DNA of 64,000 nucleotides, from assembly GCF_032062105.1 (NCBI RefSeq), contig NW_026927600.1, positions 124,001 through 188,000 on the forward strand, read 5' to 3'. The notes under the pieces were generated by a model, which saw only the letters and a list, made by a program, of their open reading frames with translations, was not told the origin of the DNA and did not search any database. Below, piece by piece: positions 26,201 to 40,100 of the stretch (its first letter is position 1; the number at the start of each line of letters is the position of its first letter). The position numbers were made by a program, and so were the translations under genes. This DNA is from Saccostrea cucullata. Lineage: Eukaryota.

Positions 26201-27841
26201 TTCATTGAGTCTATGAGTCTTTTTTTTTTTAAAAATATACCACCCACCCCGCCCCGGTTTTTTGATATTAGAGGGTATGAGAACTTTTTATTATAATTTT
26301 TATATTGATTCTTGCTTCTTGATTTCATGTTTTTTTAAAATTAAGTTATAAATTAAGTTATAAAGAATACAAGACCATGATGAAAACCTCCAAAAATATG
26401 CCATTGGTACCGTCTCAAATCACTAACCTTCAAAATAATCTTCGAACCCTGTTAGCACGACACGAATGTATTTAGACCACTGCATGATGGCAATTTTGCT
26501 TGTTTACAAATTAAAAGAATTAGTTGAAAAATAAACATTATTGGGCAGGCGGTATCTCATTTGCAGCGAGAGATCAAATTATTTATCAGATAGTGGCTGG
26601 AAACTGGAAAACAAGCACCCCGTGGATACAACAACACTAATTTACATTTTTAGCAATTTAATATTCTAGATGTTTATGCTTGTGCTGATTGCTACCGAGT
26701 GCATGTTAGACGCGGATCGTTCGTTTATGTTCTCGGGGTCTTCCCTCTAACATCTGTATGATTGAGAAAATTACATACTGGCGGAATCGAGCCATTTAGA
26801 TCGTTTAATTGCATATCTTCTCTTAGATTTGGAAAACGCGATTTTAAACGGTTAGGTGAGTTGCATGATACAGATCTATATAATTATTTGATATTAAATG
26901 AATGGCATTTTAATTTCTTTATAAGATTTTGTTCTTCTTAACCCTGCCATTAATGTTACGTGATGGATTGATCAGAAGCAGTTGGAACATTTTCTTGGAT
27001 GCAAGCTTTGTTTCATTAAATACATGTAAATATTTTTTTGCAATGATGTTTTCATCTCTGTTAATTAAATCATTTGTATTAAAATCAATGTAATAGTTCT
27101 GAATGCTGGTGTACTTTTGATATGTTGTTTGGTATAGTTGTAAACTTTGATTTATTGTATAATTTTGAAGTTGATTGGATTCTTTTCTTGGCGGTGGGAA
27201 TCTTTACATTTTTCTTCATTTTGAAATTTTTGCACAGTGAACCTACAGGCAAAATCGTCATAAACGTCAGATTCTACAGAATTAATGGCACCCTAAATTA
27301 CAGAAAGGTGTTAAATCGGCTATCTGTTTTTAAATAAATTTGGTAATCCACTGGCATGTTACAGAAAACATAGAAGCAAATCAGGTTAATGGCAAGAATC
27401 TGAAATGGTTCTCTCTGTTTTGAATTTTTTTTTTCATAAAACGCGCCTTGGGTGTAGGGACGTCGGGGTGGAGGGGGAGGGGGGATTGGGTCATATCTTA
27501 ACAGGGTGATATAACCAGTTCAGTAGATTTTTTCTGATGTCCACTGCATGCACAGTTAATTAGCATCCTTAATGAACACGTGTAGCTGATTATGCTATAC
27601 ACATGTGACTTACTGATATTTGGTTTAACCCCAGGGGGTATCGCTGTCCCTGTAGTAATGCATTTATTCTGATAGTTGTTCTTTGCAAGCCGTCTCAAAG
27701 TCTTCGGAGGAAGCAGATGTACGTACTTATTATCTATAGGCAATATCTCGGGAGGTCGTTGCCGAGCTAAATGTTCAATGAGTGTTTTTACCTAAATGTA
27801 ATATAAGAAATTTTGTTTCTTTTAGTTAAAAGTGGGCAACA

Positions 27842-28154
27842 ATGGGGGTTGGTGACGACATCGCACCACGTTTCACCCAGAAACCAGTTCTAAAACAGGA
27901 GGATAATGGCGCAAAGCTGGTCTTTCAGTGTACATTGGAGGCATCCCCTAAACCGGACATACAGTGGTTCCAAGGGACGACACCTATCTCGCAGTCCAAC
28001 CGGATCAAAATGCGCGTGGAACCCGCCGGGGGCAACAAATACAATGTAATGATGGATATATTAGGGGTCACTGCTGCAGACGCTGGGACGTATAAAGTAG
28101 TGGCCAAAAATAAACTTGGGGAAGTCTCGGCCTCTATCAACCTTAACTTTAGTG
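27842..28154 (+). CDS. unc-22: Twitchin exon, Ig1 (start codon; exon begins 27826)
   Basis: ttttag acceptor, ACAATGG start context, G|gtaaga donor, phase 1. Confidence 0.95.
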
Positions 28155-31100
28155 GTAAGACCAAAGGTTTTTTTTTTCACTTTATGTAGAAGGTTCTTAT
28201 GGGTTTGTCCTGAAGATGACAGGATTAGGTATACTTTTTGCAGCAAATAGTAGATCAAATTAATGGTTTGGTCCATAATTGAGGAACCAATAACTATTTA
28301 TGAATATGTATCTTATACATGTAACGGTATATATTTACCAACTGCCATGCAATACAAACGATGCAGTATGTTCTTTAACACAGTTTAATTTAACACACCC
28401 TATCACAGTTCCTTCCAAATCCGTATTGTCCCAGACTCCAAAAAAGTGATAAAAGCGTTGATATACGTAAAAAGTTAACTTCTTATCTGTTACATATTTC
28501 AAATTCTGTACCGATCGGTGCTTACTAGGTTCGTAAATTCTATGCGTAAAAACTAAAAGTCTGTTTCCATATGCCTCAAAATGTTGCGATGTACGAGTAT
28601 ATAATGATAATCGTTGATTTTGCGAATGTTGGAACTTTCAGGAAAAATTATCCCTTGAATATAATTTCCATGCTCATTTGCTTAAATAATTTTGGAATCA
28701 ATTAGATAATAAGCTACCTTTGTGGAATATCTTTCCTTACCCTATTGAAAAGGAAGTCTCAACTCAAATGCGGATAAAATCGTATTGACGTCAAAGTACC
28801 CATTTGCCTAGGGCAAATTTGCCGCATTCCTCTTTTTGATTAGACAGATAATTCAATGTGGAAAAAAATCTGGATACGTCTTATACATGAGAAATAGATC
28901 TTTAATTTCAACTAGAGGTCACATTAATTTTCCACCTCTAATTTACCATTCTGTTTAACAAAAGTAGCGGATTGTTGTTGTTTTTTTGTTGACATTCTTG
29001 TACTCTTGTTATTCTCAAACATAATTAAACAAATCAAAGTGTTAGAAATAGAAATGTTGATACTCATAATGATACAGAAAATCCTATTTGCTATAGCTAA
29101 TTTTTCAGACAATTAATTTGAGTTCAAGCACATTCGTGCTTACCGGGATTTTCGAAGTTGCCCGGGAATTGTTTGCAAATTATTACTCGAGCTCTACTTC
29201 CTGCTGAAGCGGGAACTTTGATTTTATCAATTTATGCAGCAGCAGACATTAATCATATTTATATACTTCTAAAAAGTCGATATTAGAATTCAAAATTCAA
29301 TGAAATTAATGCAGGTAAATGATGCTAATTTAGAACTAGAGAAGATAGCTGCACATTTATAGCTGATGGACGACCAGAGACTGCGAGAGTTACAGTCGCT
29401 GTGCTTAATTTTGTGCAGAAACATTGCTCTTTTTAGCGATTGATTTCTCTGAATCAGAGACATATAAAAACCATTTATGTCTCTATCTGAATATTTAAGC
29501 TGCCTTCTCAAAATATTTCAAACCGTACATTCCTAAATAGTCCTTCTGGGACTAAAATTGAGACCATCGGAAATTTTGACTTTGTAGTTTATATACTGCC
29601 ATTTTAGTTGCAAGGCAATTCGTTCCAATGTACTTTGTACATGTACTTGTAAATACAGTTTTATTGTACTATGTAGGAGTTAGTAGTAATACACTGTTAA
29701 ATATTTTGATACAGAAATAAATGGAGAAAAGGGTGCAGCTTTGTGCCTAATATAAATAGTTACAAATTTTTCAACATTTGAGTGGCACTGCGACTCTCTG
29801 GTCATATTTTTTTTTTAGACCAGCAAGCTTAAGATCTATCGTTTAGAGATATTGATTATCAAATCAATGACTATATAACTTAATTTCTGTTCTCAGTCTT
29901 ATAATAAATTCAGCATAGCGATAAACTATAAGTAGTCTAAAATTATTAACACAAAGTAAAGAGTTCTGAGAGAGAAAAAATATACATGTACAAGTGAAAA
30001 TGTTTCTGTAGGGAAAATGGTAAAAGTGATAAGTATTAGGCTGTAATTGGGTGACAAAAAAAAATAATTTTAAGTAACTGATCAATGATTAATATTGCAC
30101 AGCACTACAAATTTTTCAACATTTGGGTGGCACTGCACCTCTCTGGTCATAATTTCTTTTTTTAGACCAGCAAGCTAAAGATCTATTGCTTAAAGATATT
30201 GATCATCAAATCAATGACACTGACAGCCACACCAAAAAAACATTGATGCATCAAATATTGTGTATTTTTTGGACTCAAAAGGGGCCTCCTTCTAAATCTG
30301 CCAGTGGATTATATAGATTTCTTGCCATAAATAAATTGATGGCATGGATTTGTTTGCTGGTTAATTTTGTTGCAAAGATAAGCAAGTTGAGTACAAGTGT
30401 TGAGTTCAAAGGGCTTAGATTTAATTCAACATAGTTTTTGTACTTTAAATGCTTCTTATATTTGATCATGATATTACCAGTAAATTTATTTTTAGGTACC
30501 TACCAGTATATAATGACCATACTTTCTAACAAAATTAGTTCTCAAGTTGTGAAGAATATATGTTTAGTCTATCTTTTTACCAAAAAGTTTATTAGATTTA
30601 TAACACTTCACAGCAATGAACTTTTCAGTTCATCTGCAACCAATCCAACCATTCAATATGAAGTACTTATGAGTATGAACATGCTGTGTTAAAATTGTAA
30701 ATCATGTTGATTTTTTACTGAAAAGATAATTAATAATTTAAAGTGCAATGACTGCTACAATTCATTTCTGGTAATGAACAAGAATTGCAAATAGTAGTAT
30801 TTTAGCATTTTAGAGTAAAAGTCCTTTAAGATCACCATTATACAAAATGTAGAATTTTTATAAGTGTTGATGTAAGTGTTTATCCATTATGTTTATGATA
30901 TTTGTTCCTTATTTTTCTCTTTGTACTTTTACAGGTAGTCAAAAGCAGTGAGTATTATTTCAAACATTAACTGTGTTAGTCTGCATGTGCTGCATTTTCT
31001 TCAATTCATTTATCATGATCAATGCCATTTACATGTATTCAACATGTTCAATATGCCATAAATTCACCCCGTTGATACACCAAAAGCTTTTTAGTTATAC

Positions 31101-34100
31101 ATATGTTTTCTTGATTTGATTGATAGCATGTACAAATTGTCCATAACTATTTTGCTCCATCATTCTTGTTTTCATGTAATTTCATTCATCTATATTCTAT
31201 TCTGAAAACCAGCTTGCTGTTAATTCCAGAACCTTTGATCTGTAAAGATAACTGTTTCTATACCTAACATTCACCAGTGGGTCAGATATTGATCATTTAG
31301 AACGCATAGCAATCAGACTTAATTATAGGAAAAATTTTCCAGATATGAAGGGATTTGCATTCTTCATCAAAACGATATGTACACATTGTATGTATTAGTA
31401 CTGAGTACATCACTACATGTTTGTATACAAATTATATTTGTTTGTTTTTTGTTGAAAATTATTCTATGCAATGCATTTCTGTTACATTTTTTTGACATTG
31501 CAATTTACATAAATTAAAATACCTTTTTAATTGTCTTTAAGCATTTACAGCACTTACAGCATTATGTTTCACAACACATCTTTTAATCAGAAAATGTAGC
31601 CTATATATTTAATTGTTTTTGAGTGTGTAAAAACATGAAATTTTAGTATTATTTAGTACATATTTTAGCAATATACACAGCAAATTTTAGATAAATATAT
31701 GCATAAATAAACAAATTATGAGATTTTATGCCATGTATTGTATCACCTTACGGCACATGGATTATAACGCCAAAGTGTCTAAAATAGCGTCACATTTTAT
31801 CTTTGCTGAAAATGAAGTTGGATGAGTCCGACTTAAATCTAGGAATTTCATTGATACACATTCTTTAGTCTCCATAAACAGTCGAAGAACCATTTGGCAC
31901 CCTCATGCCATCTTCTGAAGAGAAATATATTCTCACCATCATTCAACTAATAGAAAATCTCATATCGGTGTTCTACTGTGGTCTTTTTCTATAACATTAT
32001 GTTACACAAAAAAAACACATTTCATTTGTATTTAAAATATTTTTATAATCTTTTTTCTTCTATAGTCAATTCAAGTTTAAAGGTGTCATTACATCATCGA
32101 AATAAAATTTAACATATAAGGGATTTTTCGTGTGTTGTGTCAACCTAAGCAAATGCCTTAAAATTTTTACAAAAACTACAAGAGAGAGAAAATGATAATT
32201 TTAATCCAAATTGGAACCAACACAATACTAGGTTACAAAATAACAGTAGCAAAAATTGCCACATATTAATTAAAACAATGAGAAATGGTATTATCTAATT
32301 TCTCTCTAAAGTGCAAGCACTTTTATATATACAGTGTCTAAGATTTACATCATCAGCTGATAATCTGAGCATCAAGAGTATATTGTTTTGGAACAGGGAG
32401 TTGACATGCAAGTTCCATCATTCTTGAGTAAATTTGGATGCTAGATAAAAATATCCTGTATCGTCAATGCTTTGTATAAATTAGGAGACAAGAAGCACCA
32501 CGTTACAAAGTGTCTGTTTTGATAATTTTTCTCCATATCAGAACCTCCCACAGTGGCAGTGAGAGCTTCATGGTAAGGCTACCTCACATATTGTTTATAG
32601 TTTAAATCGTGATCCCCTGAAATCAACACCTGCTAAAGTTTGTTCTTGCAATAGTTTCCATATCACAACAGCTGTGAATTACCATCATGAAGATTCCATT
32701 CATTTTGCCAACAGCAGCTTCGGTCCCAATGTTACATTGTGATGGGTGGAAATATTTAATCTTTTCTCATCCACCTGCATTTTTCTGCCACTTCCAATTT
32801 ATTTTCAATTCCCAGAGTGATAGAAATACACTGTTACAATCATTTCTGAAGTGCATCATTTAATTTGTTAGCTTTCAGAGTGGAAAATTTACTAGATTTT
32901 TTAGACACAAGTAGCAAAGAAAGCAAAAGATAAATGACACATGAATCTAAAAGAAATAACAGACATTATTGCTTTTCTTAAACTGACTGTAAACTTATGT
33001 AAACATGGTAAGAAACCAATATTCCAGTAGATAGAATCTTATCCTGAGTTTAATGCTTAGTTGAAGTCTGCTTTGTGTTCTTTCTCTAGACAAGATGGAA
33101 TTGCTCCAAACTTTATACAGAAACCTGTCACCAAACAAGCAGATAATGGTAAAAAGCTGTTGTTTGAAGGTCAACTCACGGCAGACCCTGCCCCACAGAT
33201 TACATGGTTCAAGGATGAACAGCAAATTACACCTGGAGGTTTGTTTTTATTAATAATTTGTTACCGGATATTAACCGGTTTATTTATTTTATGGATTATG
33301 ATAAAATAAGGAACAATATCAAGAGATTCTTTTGTATAACAGATATTTTGCTGAGTGTAAAATTGATGTACCTGTTCATTTATGAGCTGAAACATTTGTT
33401 AACTTTCTCTTTAAACACAAACATATTTGTTTGTAAAAATGAACATCAGTTATTTCATGTAATGAAATTAAGTCATCATCAGATTAACTAGTTTGACAGT
33501 TTGAAATTTTATTTAAAAAAAAAAAAGATTTTCTTTTTTTTTGAACCTAATTAATATTCTATTTTGCAGGTCGCATTAAGATTCGAACAGATCCACAACC
33601 TAATAAGAAGTACCTCTTGGTACTAGAAATCAATGATGTCAACGTAAAAGATGCTGGAAACTACAAAGTCACAGCCAAGAATGCTTTAGGAGAAAGCAAT
33701 GCTACTATCAGACTCAATTTTGATAGTTAGTATAATGATTTTCAAAATTTAGATATATGTAACGTACCCCAATTCATAAACTACATTGACCAGTGGACGG
33801 CAATATAAAGTTATCAACTGTTTAGAGAATGAAGAAAAGTAATGATTTATGACCGCAGTATTTATTTTAAATTTATATTATTTCAATTGCCTAATTTTTT
33901 TTCTCAAGAAAAGCATGTACCAATTATTTTCTCTTTCGAAACACCTGATAAAAGTTGTGGATCATTTCACTATGTTTTGTTACAAGTGACAGAACTTGGG
34001 ATTGTCATAGCACCTTAACTTATTAAAGAGTTTATCTCTTTGAAATTCAGCTGATGAATCAAAAAAACCACAAGGACAGCCACCTAAATTCACCACCAAG

Positions 34101-37100
34101 CCGACGATTCGACAGGAGGGGGGAAAGATCATTTTTGACTGCAAACTGACAGCAGACCCCAAACCCACCATCACTTGGTACAAGGGAACCGAAGTTTTAA
34201 AGGAAGGTGGCCGATACAACATGAAAATGACCACAGATAAAAACACCCACAATGCTTCCATGGAGATATCTGGTGGGGGGATGCAAGATGGAGGGGAGTA
34301 CAAAGCAGTGGCCAAAAATAGCCTTGGAGAATCCACAGCAACCATCACACTGAACTTTGAAGGTATATTATTCATTGTCCAGCTGTTTGTGTGGCATGCT
34401 CTAAATTTTTTTGTCATGAAGACACGGTACTTTAGGGAATAAGAAAAGTTAAGTAAACATGACTTCCTGCTGGTAAGGAATGTCTGTCAAGGATACTTGA
34501 GATGATTTTGAAAAAGTTTTAAAAGCTTAAGACTTAATTAGAAAAGTATATAAAAAAAACTACAATAGAAAATTATTTCATGTTTTTGTCAGGGTTACTG
34601 CCATATACATAAGGTTTGAATCAGAAAAGGATTTGAAATTTTAAGATTTAATTTCATATTTTTCTTTTTCAGGGAAAAAGCCTCCGTGAGTATTTTTGTG
34701 GGAATCTTGAATGGCAACACCTGCACACTATGGGGATAATATAGTTGCATAAGTTTACATGCTCATCATGTAACTATGGAAACTATAGAGTTTACAAGAA
34801 GCTCTTCAGTGAACAAGGAGAAACATTACATTAATCATGTCTGAAAGGTTTAAAAGCATAGGGGAAAACACGTAAATGATTCCTGGATAGCTTTGGCAGC
34901 TTTACAATGTAGAAAAACTGAGTCCATATTGTTAGTCGACAAAAATCATCAGATAACAGATGAGATATTATATACACTGTATCTACTTAGTGGCTAGATG
35001 CACAGTTGTTATAAATTTGTTTGATAGACACTTTTTATTCTTAACATGTAAACATGTATACAGAATCATTTTATTTTACGCAACTGACTTTAAGAAGAAA
35101 TCCTTTACAAAATAAAAGCAGTGATCAAGATTTACACTAGAATTGTGTTTATATAAAATCAACAGAATTAATTTTTTGAAAAAAAAATGCTAAGAAGATG
35201 GTTAAATGAAGGAAATGTGCAATTTGAAAATCATTATTGTAGACAAGGCAAAGCACCTCATTTCCTGACAAAACCAACCATCAAACAAGAGAGAATGCAG
35301 CTCTTAATGACCTGTAACGTGGAGGCCAAACCAGAGCCTAAGCTGTCGTGGTTCAGGGACAATACAGAGATTACCCCAGGGGGACGTTACATCATCGCCC
35401 TCAAAAAGGACGCCTCGGGACCAGACAGATATGTCGCCACTCTTACCATCAAGGTAACGTTTTGAGTTTGAAGACTTGAGAATTGCAAGTGGAAAGATTG
35501 AAACTTGGTTTTGGGGTAGAATTAGATATGATGTAAATACAGTCAAACTTTGTTATCCTTGACTTAATGGGTCTAGAAAAAAAAATTCAAAATTTTTGAG
35601 GATTTGAGATATAGTGGTAAAAAAAATTCAGGAAAAGGTGATTGGTACTTTAAAATTACTTCAAAATATCTATGGTATTTGAGATAGTGTTCAAAACACT
35701 AAAGTTCACTATATGTGTGTTCCTGATTGCTCGTTTTAATTTTAACAATTTGTTCAGTTCTTAGGATCAAAGAAAGTCAAAAGTACAGAAATGGTATTCT
35801 GACAATTCTTGATAAGCATAACATAGCTGTTCTTTTCTCTGAAAATTAGATTCTTCACATATTTCACATGCTTACAGTTCATTGGGAACTTTTAAGTGAC
35901 CAGTTACCTGGGGGCAGTATCTTCTCATCTCCCCTTGTACAGCTGATAAAGTCATAACTATTTCAGCACGTTTCGTATTTACATGGATTTTATAGTCACT
36001 GCCATTTTGGCATGAAGGGTCTCTGCTGGTTTTTGTGTTTTAACAAGTGATAAATGCATGTTTATCAGTGCAGATAGGTGTGGAATGAACACAAGATATA
36101 TCTTGTTATAGGATATTCAGTGCCATTTTATTAGATTTTAGAATGATATAAAAAGCATAAATTTATAAGAATTTCAATGTTTGGTTGTTGGTAAAGTTCA
36201 TTCTTTCAACATCCTGAAAGAGCATTGGCACAACAGCACTGCAGAAAAAAATCTGTTGAGAAAACCAATTCATTTATAATGGAAAACACATAATTTTTGT
36301 CATTTACATTGAATATCTGAATGAATAGGCAATTTACAATTAGTTTTGAGCAGTAATGGAATCTACTGTTCTTTTTAAAATCTCTGCATTGCTGTGGAAA
36401 CTTAAAAGACCACTCAAAACATTACGATGATGCAATTTCTTGGTTAGCTGGCAGTCATATTCACAAGTAATAATTAGTGTTCTACATAGTGAATTTTCTG
36501 AGAGCTTTCTTAGGATTTATAGAAGAGGCTGTTCCTCTCCCCTCAGTGTGTAAGTAATGAAGATTGTCTATCAATGATTTACTGTGTAGGCAACATGGAA
36601 CAACAGGAAAACTAAGTATTTTTGTGTATTTACTCGTAAAAAAGAAATGGAATTGCACTTTTAATAATTGACTTCATTTTTATATAACAAGTTTGACATG
36701 AACAAATTAACATTCAAATAATGCAATTATTAAACTATTTTGGATGGCTATATAGATGTTCTGTTATTAATTAACCTTCATATGGACTTCTGTAGTAAGA
36801 CTTCATCTGATTATCAATGCCATAACCATTAACGAGTTGCATCAAACACTGCTGGGGTATAGTGTCATATACATAAAAAAATGAACATCCTTACTCCTAC
36901 GCATTCTATTAGTTTACGTGAGGTAGCACACTTCAAGCATTAGTGTATGTAAACTGATCAGGTAATTAAACAACTGCCAAAATTGATTAGTTCCACTCTG
37001 AAAAAAAATGTTCTTATTCAATAAACTTAAAAATTAATGCATCCCCAAGGCAGTAAAATTGGTACTACAGCATTTTTAATGTTTCTTGTTGAAAACATTT

Positions 37101-40100
37101 TATTAATCTTCTAGAAGGTTAGAGTGCTCCGGGGTTATTTTTTATTTTTGTTTCTTTATGTAAAATGCTCTTAACTAAGTACCTGGAGATTTACGAGATG
37201 TTTTGTCTCAAATTGATAAAAATGATCACTTTTTTATTAGGGCTAATCAGAATTTGGATTAAAACAATGATAGGAAGTCAAGTGAGATTTTTGAATTTAA
37301 TTGGAATTTTATGACGGATTTTGATATTGGCTCTCCTGATTTGGGTGAGTTCCCATGAGGAGGTTATCAAATTCGTGTGAAGTTCAGTCACCTTGTTTTT
37401 ATCATAGGGCTGATCAAGAACTCCAAGAGGATAGGAAAGAATTCAAAATTTTGTCTTGTGTGTTTTTTTAATGAAGTTTTATTATCTTTTTTTTCATGCT
37501 CTACTTCTTAGATGAGACATCTTGGAATCTCAAGATAAAAGAAAAGTACACACATTCTCATTTATATTTAAACGTAAAATGTAATGGTCAAAACACCTGT
37601 GGAAGATTTAACAATGAATGATGCATCTTTGAAGCTTCTTTGTTTTGCTCATTTAGTTGCATATTAATTAGTCAGATCAGCATTAATCTGTAGGTATGGG
37701 TATAGGTACAGAGCTGTACAGTAGAGGAATGTTTATTGACAGAGGCAGACATCTGTGTACTGAGCATGTAAATCACCGAGGTGGCCAGTACGAAGTCTTT
37801 AATCTCCCCCTCTCCTAAGTGATCATTATGTACACATGAATATATTACTTCATTACAGATAAACATTGCCAGGAGTATCATTGCTTTATGTATAACCCAG
37901 TCAGACTCTGATTGCCTTCAGGTGCAGAAAAAAATAAACACTGCAAGACTTGATTTTTTCCCCCTATCAAAAAAACACGAAATGATATTTGTCACTTTGA
38001 TACTTTTCTGTGGCAAGTCTCCATGTTTTGCCCTTCTGGCTGGTTACAAGCAGATTAATTTGTGCTACCTCAGCAGTTTATTAATAACAAAAGCTAGAGC
38101 AGTTTTGTGTATATAGGAAAAGTTGTAAAGATGCTTGTCTCTGGTATAGCAGTCAGGAGAGTTTTCCCTGGTATCTAAACATTCACTGGATATCTGGCAG
38201 GGCTTGGCAAGAACTTCTACAGAGGCTCTGACCTTGATATATAAATCACTGATGTACATGTAGATATTGTACAGAGTAGTACCAATTTAAGGTGCACTGC
38301 ATTTTGCCTAGTATAATCAGCAGAAAAAATATGTAAGCCTTGCTCATGATCCGTGTAAGATTTATACCCCATGAAAATCAAATTCTAGTTTTCTGCACTT
38401 TTTATTAACTGATATGAATATAGGATTATTCCCTTAGGAATTACATCCATAGGCTTAATTTATCTTAATACTGACTATAAGCAAACTTTTTTCATTCTAG
38501 ACATGATAATGTTTAATGGCAGCCAAACTGATAAGAATTAATGAGTTGTACAGAGAATTAAGTAATTTTGTACATCTAATGTCTTGGAAAGAATGTGAAA
38601 GAGAAACGGTTAGAAAAGAACTAGAAAAACGATTTTAAAAACACAAACATAAAAGTAGCTTTATTTAGGATTGTATAGAGCTTAAAAGTGAAATTTAAAG
38701 TGGAAATATGATAAACTTAATTCTAGGTGGACATTTGAATTACTTGCCAATTTGTTTATGTTGATGAGTTCATCACAATTATATAAGTATGGCCTTAACT
38801 TTTTTTGATAAATTTGAAATAGGGATTCAAAATAAAGCAATTCAAAAGGAAATAAAGTATAAATACCTGATTTATTTTAAACTAACAGTGATTGTTTTAC
38901 AGATGAGTTAGCCCTGTATCATTATCTCCCTTTATGTTTTCCCATAATAAACACTTTGTAACTTAATTAGTTTATCAAGATGAAGGGGGAGAATGTGAAT
39001 TATAGTGGGAGGTGCAGCAGAAAGGATGCAGCATAATTTTTATCAGGATCCACAGAACAAGGAAATAAGGTTATCTCTACACAATCGGGTTTATCAATGA
39101 AGACAAGACTAGGTGTTTGCCAAGATAGGGGAATACACAGTCATTTAAGGAAACCTGTTTAGCATAGAGAAAGCATAACATTGTGGTGAGTTTACACTGC
39201 AGTGAATGTTTGTACTCAATCCTGATGATAAAGAAAGCTGTTTTTAGGCATGTAGGAAAACTCCTATGTATACTAGGTGCTTTTATTATTAAGATGTTTG
39301 AAGGAACCTTTTTGAGCTAAGAATTATTTCTGCAGCATTTGAAAATGATCATTTTAATCATGTATCCCCCCCCCCCCTTCCCTCCCTACACAGTGATAAT
39401 TATACATGTTACAAGTAACACTGAGGATGGTGTAGAATTTATTGCATAGATTAAAAAATACTAGAAAAACAGAAAAAAAAAATAAAAGTGATTTGTTAAG
39501 GATTAAAGCAAAAGAGGCATTGATGTAATGGAAAAGGGGGGGTGGGTTATTTTATGATTATATAATTGACAGAAACAGTAGATAAAAATATTTATTTGAT
39601 AACAAAATTAACAAGCAACATTAAAGGGACCTTTTGATATAAAAATGCATTAACCTATTGACTAACATATTAAGTTAGATTATAGTCGAAATTTGTGGCT
39701 ATTAATCTATTTTTATTGCATAATATTTTGAAGTAAGATGCATTCCCAGCAGTTGAAGCTTTAAACTTTATATCACTGATATGAAGTAATTGGGAGGGGG
39801 AATTTACGTATATAAACCCATAAAAACCTGTTTATGATATGTCTGGTTTCTATGTTTAGATCTCATTTCAACTTCATGTTTCCATGGTGCAGTAAATTGC
39901 AGCAAAATGGATTCTAAAGTTTTACAGACCTAGCTTATGTGAAGCATTCAGGGATGGCGTATAAATAGGAAATCTTTTCTATTCTTGTCAATGGGAAAAT
40001 TCTTGACTGATGTCCAATTGATATACTCTTGTTTGTTAAAAAATTTGTTTTCGTTGATTTTGTTTATTGAATGTCTCGAAAAAATCTGTAAGTTTAAATC

